A stretch of DNA of 64,000 nucleotides from Mobula birostris (taxonomy: Eukaryota). The position numbers were made by a program, and so were the translations under genes. The notes below the pieces were generated by a model. The model ran no database searches, was not told the origin of the DNA, and worked only from the letters and a program-made list of their open reading frames with translations. This document shows, one piece after another, positions 24,530 to 37,465 of this stretch (its first letter is position 1; each line of letters opens with the position of its first letter). The stretch spans positions 16,744,182 through 16,808,181 of the forward strand of contig NC_092398.1 in NCBI RefSeq assembly GCF_030028105.1, in the 5' to 3' direction.

Positions 24530-25495
24530 AAAAAGAGAAAATCTGCAAATGCTGGAAATCCGAACAACACGAACAAAATGCTGAAGTAACTCAGCAGGCC
24601 AGGCAGCATCCATGGAAAAAAGAAGAGGTTCGATTTAGCAGGACGGGAGAAAAAAGCTCAGGATTAGATTTGAAATGTGGGATAAGGGGACAGAGATTCG
24701 CCAGGCAATAGGTGCAACGTGGTGGGTGAGGAATGAAGCAAAGATCAAGGAGGTTGACAGGTGAACGAGCCAGAAGGTAATGGATTAAAAAAGAATAGAG
24801 GCGGGAGGAGGACCAGAGGGAGGCGATGGGCTGGCAAGGAGATAACATGAGAGAGGGACAGGGGGATGGGAACTGTTGAAGGGGGGATGGCGGCATTACT
24901 GGATGTCTGAGAAACGATGTCCATGCCATCAGGATGGAAGCAAACCAAACGGAATATATTTTGTTCTTCCTCTACCCTAAGTGTGGCCTTATCCCGACAG
25001 TGGAGGAGGCCATAGATAGACGTATAGGAATGGGAATGGGAAGTGGAATTAAAATGGGTGGCCACTGGGAGATCGTACTTGTTCTGGCAGACGGGGCGTG
25101 AAAGCTCGGCGAAGCGGTCTTCCGATTTCCTTCGGGTTTCACCGATACACAAGTGGCCAAACTGGGAGCACCGAACACAGTATATGACCCTAACAGACTG
25201 ACAGGTGAAGTGTCGCCTCACCTGGAAGGACTGGTTTCGGCCCTGAATGGTAGTGAGGGAGGAGGCGTTCGTGCAGATCAACGACTTGTTCCGATTCAAA
25301 GGATAGGTGCGAATAGGGAGATCAGTGGGGAGGGGCGAATGGACAAGGCAGCCGCGTAGGGAGCGATCACTGAGAAAAGTTTAGGGCAGCGTTGATGGTG
25401 AAGGAAGCGAAAAGGAGGACACCTCATTCTTGCTAAAATGAAAAGCCTCATCTGCAGAGCAGATGCGCTGGGGACGGAGGAATTGAGAGAAAGTA
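24530..25495 (-). mobile_element. Penelope-like element (GIY-YIG region + terminus), ancestral insertion
   Basis: ORF 24745..25299(-) has VIYCVRCSQFGHLCIGETRR..DRFAE. Confidence 0.88.
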
Positions 25496-25559
25496 TCCAC
25501 TCAAATATCTTGTCATAGAAATAGAACTTGCAACAGATATTTTCAGAGTCTGATACAAA

Positions 25560-25773
25560 TTTCCCTCGAGGGGATACTTCATGTGTTTCACAGTGACAAA
25601 TTGAGTGCAAAATACTTCTATAAATGGGTTTGTTCAATAGGTTGTAACCGATGCCACTGAGGACTAATTAGTTCAGATAGTCTTCACTCTGTAGTATAAG
25701 AGATTGTTGTATTTATTTTCTACTCATCGGGCACTTCGAAAGTTGTGTTCATAATCGCTGCCGCAGACAGGCA
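25560..25773 (+). promoter_or_regulatory. Putative proximal promoter of GPCR copy 2
   Basis: TCCCTCGAGGG 25562, cTAATTAg 25665, TATAAG 25695. Confidence 0.4.
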
Positions 25774-25843
25774 ATGGGATCACCGGCAATATTTTACATA
25801 GCCAGCATCTACTATCCTGTACTTGCAGCGGTTAGCATTCCTG
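25774..25843 (+). CDS. GPR139-like GPCR copy 2, exon 1 (MGSPAIFYIASIYYPVLAAVSIP+G); CDS join(25774..25843,27721..28619), 322 aa
   Basis: 70-nt exon homologous to 6013..6082, followed by a GTAAG donor at 25844. Confidence 0.9.
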
Positions 25844-27720
25844 GTAAGAAATCGATCTGGTTACTATTTCTTTGATCCTTTCATCTGTTACAATTGTATG
25901 CACTGTATTTATATTATTACCATGGAGTTTCAAGATAAAATATACAACCTTGTTTAATTGTCTGATGCAGATATTCGTATCAATAAATTAAACTGTTTTA
26001 TAACAAAGAGATGAGCAGTCCTACACGTGCTGATGCTCCCTCAAAAGGCTTTAGAGTTTATATATATCGAATCCACGTTTTCAGGCAAGTTAGTAAATCT
26101 TGCATACGAACGTGTCTGTGATCTCCTCGTGTCTTTGCTTCACGGCCAGTCTCTTTTCTCTTTGTCTCTCGCCAAGGCTATTTTACAATCATGTTTCCTG
26201 TTGTTATTTAATTTGGTGTGTCCTATTCTGCCATTTTCCTGTTGTTCCAATCAAATCAGCTTTCATCTGTAACACAAAACAATTCAAACCTGTATGGCCA
26301 AATCACTTCGCTGATTATTGATTACCTCCTGAAATCATCGACCCTGTTCTAAACGCGAATAATTTCGATGAAAGATTTCAACTCATCCGTTAATTCGGGG
26401 CACCTCTGTTCGGTGCTCTGATCGGAAACAAACGAAACAGAATGGTCCTATTTTATATATTCCAATAGTGTTCAAAAATGGCAATGACGGGCGTGGCGCT
26501 TCTGTTCAAGAAGACGACCATTGAATGAACGGAATAAGTAGGTGCAATATTACATGCCTCTAGCACTTGTTCTCCCAATTCATTCTAATAAGCGACAAAC
26601 GTTCTCCCGTACCTTTACTTCGGATAGTCATATGATCCCTTCAAAACTGCTGCTTTATAAGCCATTAACTTATTAAGCTGTGAGATCTTCGTTAAGTGAT
26701 GGATGAACAAGATCATAAGAGTAAGAATTTTAATGAATTATTGCTACCGAGTGAAAATTTATCTCAGACGGCACTGTATCTAAGATTTCAGCGTGATGCT
26801 ATTACAGCTCTGGACAATCTGGAGTTTTTACAGTGTTTCTACGTTCTCCCCATGACGTTTCTATTTCCTCTGCGTACTCCGATTTCCTCCCACATTCCAA
26901 CAAAACTAGTTCATTGTAATTTGTCCTGTGATTGACTAGGGTTGTTGGAAGGTCTGGTTTTAAGAACCGGAAGAGCCTATTCTGAGTGTATCTCTAAATA
27001 AGTACAAATAAATTCATCTTTGATTTCTTCATCTGGAAATAACTTTGTCCTTAAAAGTTGTCCTTCGGCAGTTTTTTTTAACTGCGCCTTGGCCACAATG
27101 CCTTCTTGCATCAATGGTCATAACATTGATTTTTCCCATATGTCTTCATTCCAATATTGGAATAAGTTACTGCTGATCTTAAGGACGTTTATTTGACATT
27201 GCTTTGGATTTGCTGTGATGTTGAATGAGCAATTAATACCTAGCCCAACAATCCAGAATTATTCTGTGCCCGTCTAGGTCCTCACGGTCCCACGGTTTAA
27301 CGTTTCACATGCGCCCAATGTAAAGTGATTAGTGAGCGGCGCCGCAGCCTCCAACTTAGAACAGTGAAGCGTTGCTTTGAATCTATGACGGCATGCAGAC
27401 GACCTTTTCCCTCGTCTCCACATTCCTCTCCTCAAGGAATAAATCGAAAATCAGCAGCATAACGGTAATAAAGTTTAAGCAGATTTAATTTGTGGAGAGC
27501 ATTACTGCACGACAGACTTCAACATCCGCTCTTTCGGAATAGCAGTACTGGTCTGACCGGTGATTTATATTAAGTTAAATAAACTGCAGACCCTACTTGT
27601 CTATGGGTGACTGGTTTCATCAACTTCAATGGATGACCTTTAGTTGTGAAGATGATATATAAATGTGAAATATGCATATATTTGGAATTATTATTCTTTT
27701 TTAATGTTTCATACATCTAG

Positions 27721-28619
27721 TTAATTTGACGGCGATTTTGGTCCTGTCTCGTGGAAAATGCGGTCTCTCCAAATGCGTCACTCGCTACCTGGTGGCCATG
27801 GCGGCAGCGGATCTGATGGTGGTCATAGTTGCTGTTATATTGCAGACGATTAATAACATTTATTTATTTGCCCATTTTCTACATATTACTCCGATATGCG
27901 CTGTAATAGATGTCCTCAGGGCGGTAACAATGGACTGTTCCGTTTGGTTTACGGTCGCTTTCACTTCTGACCGTGGCATCGCCATCTGCTGTCAAAAGCT
28001 GCGGAAACAGTACTGCACCAAGAAAGTAGCGACTGTGGTAATAGCGATTGTTGGTGCGGTGAGCTGTGTGAGGTGTGTTCCATTGTATTTCGCAGTGGAG
28101 CCCTACGTTATAATCAACAATATACCTTGGCGTTGTGTCGAAGCAGCCGAATACTATACAGCATCGGCGTGGAAAATATACGAAATATTTGACAGTGTCA
28201 CAACACCGTTATTGCCAATATGTTTCGTTTTGCTGTTCAATGCTCTAACCATCAGACACATTTTAGCAGCAAACAGAGTCCGGCGGGGACTTTGGAAAGG
28301 CCGCGAGAACCAGAAGGATCCAGAGGTTGAAACCCGGCGAAAATCAATGATATGGCTCTTTGCTCTTTCAGCCAACTTCATCTTACTGTGGATACCCTAC
28401 ATCGTACACTCTATAAACTGGCAATCGGAAAATTATTTCTATATAGACAGGTCATTGAGCACCCCGATATATATTCTGCAACAGCTTGGGTCTATGTTCA
28501 GATATCTCAGCATCTGTACCAACACGTGCATCTACGGACTGACACAAAGAAAATTCAGGGAAGAACTGAAGAATGGAGTGAAATACCTATTCACATTGAA
28601 CGGGCGGATCTGTAATTGA
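27721..28619 (+). CDS. GPR139-like class A 7TM receptor copy 2, exon 2
   Basis: Acceptor AG at 27719-27720. 899 nt, containing ORF 27726..28619 with the same 7TM motifs as copy 1. Intact. Confidence 0.92.
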
Positions 28620-30089
28620 CAGTTTGTCCTTAACGTATTGTCAAACAACTAAAGTAATCTTGTATTTTATAAAGGTGTCCCAAAATTCCCTATAAATTTG
28701 TGTTCGGCAATCGGAATGTCTACGTTCCAGCTACTTTTGTGAAATGAATTTGTTCTGAACAAGGAACAGAAAATGCGTTATCGATCGCATAGTTCCATTA
28801 TTGGACGTAAATTTGAGTATATTCCAACCTTGATTCATAACATCCGTTTGCAAACCCAATTTATCATTTGCATTTCCATTCATGTAAAAATAAAGTACCC
28901 AAAAGGGTGTCATTGAATCCGAGGTTTATGAAAGCTAGATTTTCAGGAAATAAAAAAAAATGTCGAAAATCTTCGAAAAGATAGAAGATTTTTGGGCAGT
29001 GAAACAGAAGGGAGTTCGAGGCTGGATCATACCAGTCATGGTCGTATTGAATGAGAAACTGATTCAAAAGTTAAGCAATCTGTTTAAAATGCCGTTCCTA
29101 TTCATTCTTTCACTCTAATGGTCTACTTGGCCCGGAATATATCAATTCGCGCAACAACGTTGATAATAGGAATGATGACCATGATGACAATGTTCAAGGG
29201 TCATGTAACTACAGCCAATACTGTTTTATTATTGGTACCAGCAGTATCTGATACAAACATCTTCAGCAGAAATGCTGAATTGTAAACTAAACACAATTAG
29301 CAAAATGCCCCCCCCCCCCCCACCTTAGCACTTACAGTGTACAAACATTAACCATCTCGCGGTCATTGTTCTGTTTCGTTAAGTGTCAGAAATACCCGCG
29401 CACATTTACAAAAGAGAGCTAGCCTTGTAAGTACAAAAATTACTAATGATTTAGGATAACGTTCCATTGTTCCCGATCTGCGTCTCCACGCAATCAGTTG
29501 CAGTGATGTTGTGTATCTTACGCTATCAGTAGCCGCTTATTAAGAAACTCAATGTATCTAAGAAAGGGGTCAGTCAGTGATATTCCTGGTTTTCTACTGC
29601 TGTAGCACGTTCACTGCAAGGTCGCATCGTGTTGTGCCTTCAGATATACTCTTCCAGCTAGCTCTGCTGTCAATCGTGACTATTTCAGTTACTGCCGCCT
29701 TCCTGTCAGCTTGAACCAGTCTGACTATTCTCCTCGAACCGTTCTCACGAACAATGCGTTTTCAGCCACACCACAGCTATTCATTCAATGATTTTTATTT
29801 GTCTCTTGCACCATTCTCTCTAAACTGTAGGTACTGCTGTGTGTGAAAATTACATGATATCGGCAGTTTCTGCGGTACATGAAACATCCTTCTGGCACCA
29901 ATACTCAATCCATGGTCAACGTCACTTAGCCCACATTCCGCCCTCTCTCTCATGTTTGGTCTAAAAAATAACTGAACCTCTTGCCTGTATCCGTTTACGC
30001 ATTGATTCTCTGCCACAATATTGGCCAAGCATGCATTTGTATTAAGGGGCAGGTGTAGAGATGTAGCTAATAATGTAGCCACTGAGAGT

Positions 30090-30670
30090 ATATGAATGAT
30101 TTGGGTGAGTTTACTGAGGTTAGTGATATGCAGCAGAACTGGATTTCTAAGGAGCCATGAAAACTCCTAAATTTTCAGCCGAAAGTTTAGGTGAAGAAAA
30201 TGCAAAGGGTATTTAGTCCAGATACTTGCGAGGTAGTACACTTTGTGGCACATAAATTCAGGGACATCAGTAGATTCACTGATGGAGAGATTTACGTTAC
30301 AGGCTGATAGCTTCTTGCAAATTGCTGAATGGGTGGATAGTGTCTTTAAGACCACGTTCGCTGTGGCCATAAAATTGCACTTCAATTTACAGATGATAAA
30401 GTCTTTTGGTAAAGCCACAAGGACATTGTGTGGTAGATCTGTTCAGCACACTATAGAAAACATTCAACCGAATTGGAGGGGTGCAAAAGAAATTCAATAG
30501 GAATAGAGAACTTCAGTAATATGGAGAGTTGAGAAAGCCTGCGGTTGTTCGTAAGAAGGCGCAAAGAATTGGCCGTGTACTGCTTAATATTATGCGATGT
30601 ATAGGAGTATAGAGAGTCAGAGACTTCTTCAGAGGAATATTACAACTCAACATAGGTTTAAGGACATGGA
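30090..30670 (+). mobile_element. Highly degraded CR1 remnant (paralog at about 59710-60310)
   Basis: Degenerate tggatttctaaggagcc, gtgaggtagtacactttg and aattggagggggtgcaaaagaaattc segments. Confidence 0.5.
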
Positions 30671-30766
30671 AAAATATTGAAAGTAGATCAGATGAGTATT
30701 CTATTTTTAAACATCCGGTGTGGTGTGCATACGGTACATTCTGCCAAAGGAGGTAGTAGATCCAGT

Positions 30767-31108
30767 AAACACGAGGAATTCTGCAGATGCTGGAAATTCA
30801 GGCAACACACAGCAAAGTTGCTGGTGAACGCAGTAGGCCAGGTAGCATCTCTAGGAAGAGGTACAGTCGACGTTTCGGGCCGAGACCATTCGTCAGGACT
30901 AACTGAAGGAAGAGCTAGTAAGAGATTTGAAAGTGGGTAAGAAATTTGAAAGTGGAATCTCCCCCTCCCCCTCCCACTTTCAAATCTCTTACTATCTCTT
31001 CTTTCAGTTAGTCCTGACGAAAGATCTCGACCCGAAACGTCCACAGTACCTCTTCCTAGAGATGCTGCCTGGCCTGCTGCGTTCACCAGCAATTTTGATG
31101 TATGTTGC
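30767..31108. mobile_element. Inverted pair of Penelope pLTR fragments; 13-bp TSD tagtagatccagt
   Basis: TSD at 30754-30766 and 31109-31121. Empty site in unit 3 at about 62409-62421. Confidence 0.88.
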
Positions 31109-32192
31109 TAGTAGATCCAGTTGTAGGTTTCCCCAAATAAAAACGGCGGAGGCGTTTTATATGTAAGAAAAGTCGTAACAGCTCATTTACTGCGAAGTAC
31201 AAGCTATGAACACCAAGGCCCATGAAAAATAATGCTTTAACTAATCACGTCATAACGCAAAATCAGCCTCTTAAACTGAATCCCCAACTCAATGTCGGTG
31301 GTCGCGAATTCTGCATATTTTCACCAATTAGGTTACACTGCACAAAACCCAACCGCATCCTAAATTCACTGAAACCTGCCATGTGAACCTGTTGGGACAT
31401 GGAGTGGAATAACAGTAGCTGCTTCTGGCTCGTCCAGATGTGTAGTGACACAGTCATTATCAAGTCATTGACGCAGCAGCCAGATAGCGGTACCCTCTAA
31501 ATCTTGTTCGACAAGTTCAAGGCGATTTACTGAAATCTGTTCGGTTTAATCCCTCCTCCCCCCCCCCCCCCCCCCGCTTGACTATGATAAAAGTTTTCTC
31601 TCCCAGTTTCAAAACGCGGGATGGGCCATCAATAACATGCCCAAGAGGACGTCGGTGTGCATCATTGTGAACGAAATCAAATGAGGATTAATCTTTATTT
31701 TGTAATACAAGTGGCACTGTGATAGCAGAGGAAGATTTTCTTAACAGTCACCATAGTACTTTTATATTTCGCATAGCTACGCAAGGTACAGAACCAGCCG
31801 ACAGGTTTATTATCTACTATTGGACAAGGTACATTTATCAATGTATGAGCTTGCAAAAGTTGATACTGGGTATAGCAAAGCAGCCATTGACAATTGGAAG
31901 AATATTAAAGCTGCGCTAGGATAACTAAACGTTGAACGTAGTGAATGCATAACTGTTACCGTGAAGGTCATGTCTCTTTGGAACAAAGTGTTCTGGATGA
32001 CCAGACATACTGTTGTTACGCAAGAGAAGGAAGGAAAGAAGGCAATGGGATCAAATAAATAGGATGAAGTAGTCTTTGAAATAAGATATCAAGAGGACAC
32101 GAAGGTGAAATAAGATAGGTTTGTCAGGAAACTAATAGAATCCAGTGAAGATTTACACAGAAAGGAAAGAGTAGTTAAAAAGAGAGGGGGAG

Positions 32193-32194
<2 letters not shown>

Positions 32195-32226
<32 letters not shown>
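32195..32226 (+). repeat. (GA)n microsatellite
   Basis: Direct reading. Confidence 0.95.
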
Positions 32227-32234
<8 letters not shown>

Positions 32235-33324
32235 GGGGGCGAGGCCTGTAGTGTCTGTAGTGAATCTGTAGAGGCACAGGTCATGGGTGGGCACGATAAT
32301 GAATATTTCGCCTGAGTGGTTGGCCTGAAGATTTTGCAGTTACAGAAAGTTAATCGGAAGGTCATGTGGATCGTCCGCATTACAGTAGATGTGGGGTTAA
32401 TAGCATGATGGTGAAAAAATCTTCAGGACCTGAACAGTTACATCCAAGTACACTCTCGCAGGCATGATAAGAAATTGCGGGAGCCTCTGCAGAAGGTTGC
32501 ATCGTCGCTAGACCAGGCTGAACCTCATATGCCAGCAAGGAAATTATTGTGCATTTATTAAGATAGAACGCAAGTAAAACCTTTGGAACGATAGCGCGGA
32601 AATCTAAATTCAGTGTTATGTACGTTACTGAAGAGTATTTTGATATTTAAAATCAACAGTGATGTAATTGTCAGCATGGCTTTCTTAATGGGAAATATCA
32701 TAGAAACGTAAGCTATTATCGTTTGGTGTCGTCATAAAAACGGTGATTAAGGGCAGAAGTACGTTGTACCGAGTCAGGTGTGATCGGAGGAATTGAGCTA
32801 AAAAATATCAGAATGACTTCAAAATTTGATTTAAACTTGCAATCAATGTGCACGCACAAAAGATCGATGCAATCAGTAAGCAGGTGGTGATACGGTAAGG
32901 ATCGAAATCGAAAAATTGCAGATTAAATGAAGGTCAAGACTAATATAATGGGAGACTGTCTATGCTCCAACAGTCTTCAAAGGTAAGTGAAGAATTTGGC
33001 GCCGAAAGTGCAAGTGAGGTAGGCAACTGGTTGCAGATAATAATCAGATTGCAAAACTATTCTTGGAGGAACCTGGAAAAAACAAATAAGCGAAAGGCAG
33101 AACCGCACTTTAAAAAACAGTAATCTTTTTTTTTTGTCTGGCCGTCTTTTGTGCACTATCCTCGAGTAGTACAGATTTGGGGTCATCTCTGCTGATTGAA
33201 CATAAAACTGCACAAATTATGAGCCTAAAAATTATAATGTCAGTACAATGGTGTAATGCTTATGATTTGCATGGTGTCCACAAACTAATCAAAAGAAAAA
33301 AGCTAGAACTGCGATGAACTTGGC

Positions 33325-33876
33325 TACTTAGTATTTCTTTAGTGAGGCGATCACATCTGACATGGTGGCGCAATAATATATGCTATCGACGTACTTCTGC
33401 TTACCACGGCACTTCCGTTTAGCGATTTGGTACTTCTGGATCCAATATCCGATTCACTATTCAGCGCCAGAATCATTAAACACCAAAATACTGAACAGAG
33501 AAGGATAGCAGAATTTAATAGCTGGATATTTTGCCACTCTTCCTATTATTCTGACAAATTCACACTTTGGATGTTTCAATACGTCGTTGAGTTCCCCCAG
33601 GTATTTGACAGCATCATGGCCCCGTTGTTACCAATCTGTTTAACTCTGTCGTTCAATGATTTGACTCTGAGACATGTCAGAACCGCCAGCGACATCAGAA
33701 TAGTAGGATGTATCTGAAGAATCAAGAAGCGAATAACAGGCTTTCATCCTACAATAGCTTGGATATATGCTGCTCATTTCCGCACTAATCCATGTATCTA
33801 CGATTTACTCAGAGAAAGTTCCGGGAAGCATGGGGCGAAATATGTGTTTACATTTAATAGGCAGTTTTGCAAATAA
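33325..33876 (+). pseudogene. Old, fragmented GPR139-like paralog relic
   Basis: ORF 33427..33717 ends VFDSIMAPLLPICLTLSFNDLTLRHV, matching TM5 IFDSVTTPLLPICFVLLFNALTIRHI. 33784-33876 reads TNPCIY..TQRKFRE..GAKYVFTFNRQFCK* with frameshifts, matching TNTCIYGLTQRKFREELKNGVKYLFTLNGRICN*. Large deletions; the 5' limit is uncertain. Confidence 0.75.
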
Positions 33877-34139
33877 AATTGAAGTCCATATTCCCTTTGT
33901 TTTATCATGAATTCTTAGAATATTAGGATTCATATCTATTTTATGCGAACGGAGTCAGCAGTTCAGGAAGGAACTGCTACTGATTCAAGAGCTTGATTGC
34001 TAAGGGATAATAATTCTTGCAGAATCTGGTGGTAAGAGCACGGAGGATTCTGTACCTGTTCCTGTTGGCAAAGAGAGAAAGGAGACAATGACCTGAATGA
34101 TGGGGAATACTAAAGATGGATGCTGCTTTTCTGCACGAA

Positions 34140-34742
34140 ATTAGATTAGTTAGATTGGATTAGATTAGATTATGAGGACACGCAGTCCTCTTTTATTGTC
34201 ATTTAGTAATGCATGCATTAAGAAATGATGCAATGTTCATCCAGTATGATATCACAAAACACAAGACAAACCAAGACTGTAAACCTGACAAAAGCCGCAT
34301 AATTATAACATATAGTTACAACAGTGCAAAGCAATACCATAATTCGATAAAGAACAGACCATGGGCACGGTAAAAACAGTCTTAAAGTCTCTCGAAAGTC
34401 TAATCATATCACGCAGACGGTAGAACGAAGAAAAACTCTCTCTTCCATGAAACTCCAGCTCCGCAAGCAAGCAAGCAACACCCTGGAAGCACCCGACCAC
34501 AGCCGACTCTTGAGTCCGTCCGAAAGCTTGGACCCTCGGACCAGCCCTCCGACACCGAGCACCGAGCACCATCTCTGCCAAGCGTTTCATCCCGTCCCCG
34601 ACCGCCAAGCAATAGACAAAGCCAAGGATTTGGGGCCTTCCCCTCCGGAGATTCTCGATCGCACAGTAGCAGCGCCAGCGAAGCAGGCATTTCAGAAGCT
34701 TCTCCAGATGTTCCTCCGGGATTCTCAAATCTGTCTCCATCA
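34140..34742 (-). mobile_element. Second copy of the (AATCT)n-tailed retroposon
   Basis: Reverse-complement homology to 18530-19092. Confidence 0.75.
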
Positions 34743-34744
34743 GT

Positions 34745-34975
34745 GGCAGTGGTAAAGTTATTTCCCATGGTAGATGAGTTTAGGACAAGAGGGCACGGCT
34801 TCAGGATTGAAGGACGTCCATTTAGAACAGTGATGCAGAGAAATGTCTTTAGTCAGAGAGTAGTAAATCTATGGAATTTGTTGCTAAGAGCGGCTGCGGA
34901 GGTGAAGTCCTTGGCTGTATTTAAGGAAGAAATAGATACGTTCTTGATTATCCAGGGCATAAAAGGGAGAAGACA
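34745..34975 (+). mobile_element. CR1 3' ORF2 fragment
   Basis: LFPMVDEFRTRGHGFRIEGRPFRT..FSQRVVNLWNLL. Confidence 0.8.
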
Positions 34976-35431
34976 GGGTCAGATGTTAGAACCGAGAATA
35001 TGGTCCACCGGGGACTTCAGTACAGCAGCAACAAATCAGAAGGATTCATAAGTGCAGAAAAAAGGGAACGTCGATGATTTACTCCTTCGTCTATCAGAGA
35101 ATTTCATATTATTGTGATACTCAGTATTGTGCAATCTATGAAATGTCAAGCAGTAAACCTTACTTCAGCAAACCTACATTTATCCTATAACAGTTTGGGT
35201 ATATGTTGTAGTTGCAGTTGGTGGAAATTATTCCAAAATCTGCATTTTACTTATCTGTGGCATCGGAACTTTCACTATCCAGAGCCTAGCCTTTAATGGA
35301 GCTGAAATCTTGATCCCTGGGCCGTATGGCCCAATACTAATTATATTTCTTATTGTCTTATGGTCATATGAGTGTTCAATTTTTAATTGAATATATTTCA
35401 GAGAATTAAGAATGTAAGCACTGCTGCTTCA

Positions 35432-35947
35432 TGTTACGTCCACCCTGTGAATTTGCTGTGCCTCCAAGTGAAATGCAATGTTTCCAAGTTATATGCAACT
35501 TTTCCAGGATGTATGCAACGTTTCCAATTCATATGCAACGACCCGAGCCCCATGTCTGCCTGGTTCTTTTGTCGAGACCTGCCAGGGGAGCTGGTTCGAG
35601 CTCCCGGCCTTGCTTATGTTCTTTCAGTCCTTTCTCTGGAGCACCGTACCTGTTACCAATTTTCCAACACTGCCCCAAGTGATCTACCCTGCGGCTAACC
35701 GTAGAGTTTTGAGCTTCTAGGATGTTTGATCACCCATATTTACTAATTGTTATCTTAACTTTAGTTGTTAAACTTTTGTGCTTCCGATTTAATCCTGTTA
35801 AGTTAAGATTGGTGTCCACGTGTGTCCCGCAGTCTCTAATTATTTAAAGCTCCTATGTGGCTCCAATGTTTAACCTCCTATTTCCATCTCTTCCTGGAGG
35901 CCCTGCCGCCCCTCCGCACCTGGGTCCAGTACTTCGTCAGCGTACCA
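35432..35947 (+). mobile_element. Possible solo LTR
   Basis: Begins TGTTACG and ends CGTACCA (imperfect inverted termini), about 515 bp. No convincing TSD. Confidence 0.35.
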
Positions 35948-36239
35948 TGGCAGGAAGCCCGACTTACAAAACGAATCAGAAACGCTTGCGACTCAAATTC
36001 CATAAGTAGGCCGACTAGTGAATCCTGACGCACTCCACGAGTCACAGGCTTCACGACCAGAAAACAGGTTTCCACTACTGCAGACTGCTATTATCATCAA
36101 GTCAATTGTGCATGCATTTAGAGGACACTCCTTGCGTTTCATGCAATCTAAATCTATCCTACTACAGCATCATTAAATCTGGAAGATAATCAAGGCTTTG
36201 TTACTGTACATAAAGACCACGCATACTGTCCTGCATTCA

Positions 36240-36370
36240 CCAACACGAACAAATATCCAAATGCTGGAAATCCAACCAACACACACACAGCATGTTGGAT
36301 GAACTCAGAAAGCCAGACAGTAACGATGGAAACGAGTGAATAATTGACGTTGCTGTTGAGACACACACAA

Positions 36371-36429
<59 letters not shown>

Positions 36430-36490
36430 ATGTTGGAGGAACTCAGAAAACCAGGCTGTTGACATTTTCAGCCGAGGCACTTCAGCAGGT
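36240..36490 (-). repeat. Degenerate Penelope pLTR fragments with (CA)n microsatellite (36360-36427)
   Basis: aatgctggaaatcc..acacacac..gaactcag motif occurs twice, with a long CA run. Confidence 0.55.
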
Positions 36491-36499
36491 TAAGGTTCA

Positions 36500-37465
36500 C
36501 CAGGAAAACTGGATTCAACACTCCACGCGAGCATGTGCAATTCCAGTATACAAAAACGATCTTAAATGATAGCAAACCACAGGAAAATTAATAAAGATTT
36601 ACTAGAGATTAATAACGCAACCAAAAGGAAGAGCATGGCCCTCCATAGAAGACGTCTCCACGATCAGCGCAGAATAGATGTCGACATGGAAGCATCAAAC
36701 GCCCTGCTCGGAGCTATAGCCTTCTTGCCAGAAACAGAATAGTTGCTTGCAGCAATGCAAGACCAGGTGTTTAACACATAAGTAATCAAAATACATAATG
36801 TAAGAATAAAAATTTCGAGATGATAAATATAGAAATTGCCAAAACAAAAAAAGAATCCGACACATTACGGGATCGTGCCACAGGTTAACTGGATCTAACT
36901 ATTTACACAGGCGCAATGAACTGGGAAACCTCCCTCATCAAAAACCTGATTTAAAACTGAAAAAAAAACTTACTATAAATACATAACTGATCCAGTTTTA
37001 GAGTCAGAATCCTGCATATTATATTACTAGCTATCAGTTATTACAGAGAGGGGAAATCCATAATATCCCTCTGGATATAACAATACAGGATAAGTAAGCA
37101 AAATCAACTTACTTAACAAATAATGCCATTTCAAACACACATAAATTACAGATATCAATGTAATAAAATACCAGAAACATGCTGAATTGAAAGAGGAATT
37201 TGAAAGATTTTGGAACATGAACAGAGTATACCTCGTTCCCTGGAGTTATACCTACAAATGGTGTAATCACATAGCCGCTATACAACAGCAGTGAACAAAT
37301 AGGGCTATACAGCAGTATCGATATTAATCTTCAGAAAGGTATAATACTAAGCAACTCTAGAATAGTCCGAAAGCCTCTAACAATTGAGAGTGACTGTGCT
37401 TGGCAATTCCCGCACGTCAGTTTCTAACCGTTTCAGCTGAGAAAAGATAAAAGAATTCAAATAAT
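36500..37465 (+). mobile_element. R4/Dong-like RLE retrotransposon, 3' part
   Basis: LPETE..LAAMQDQV, HITGSC, PLDI..QDK and EEFERFWNMNRVY segments; 3' end gctgagaaaag..aataata. Confidence 0.7.

Noticed and set aside
36190-36480. Cys/Val-repeat ORFs (also 52258..52631 and 62824..63063)
   Set aside because: They are translations of (CA/TG)n microsatellites.
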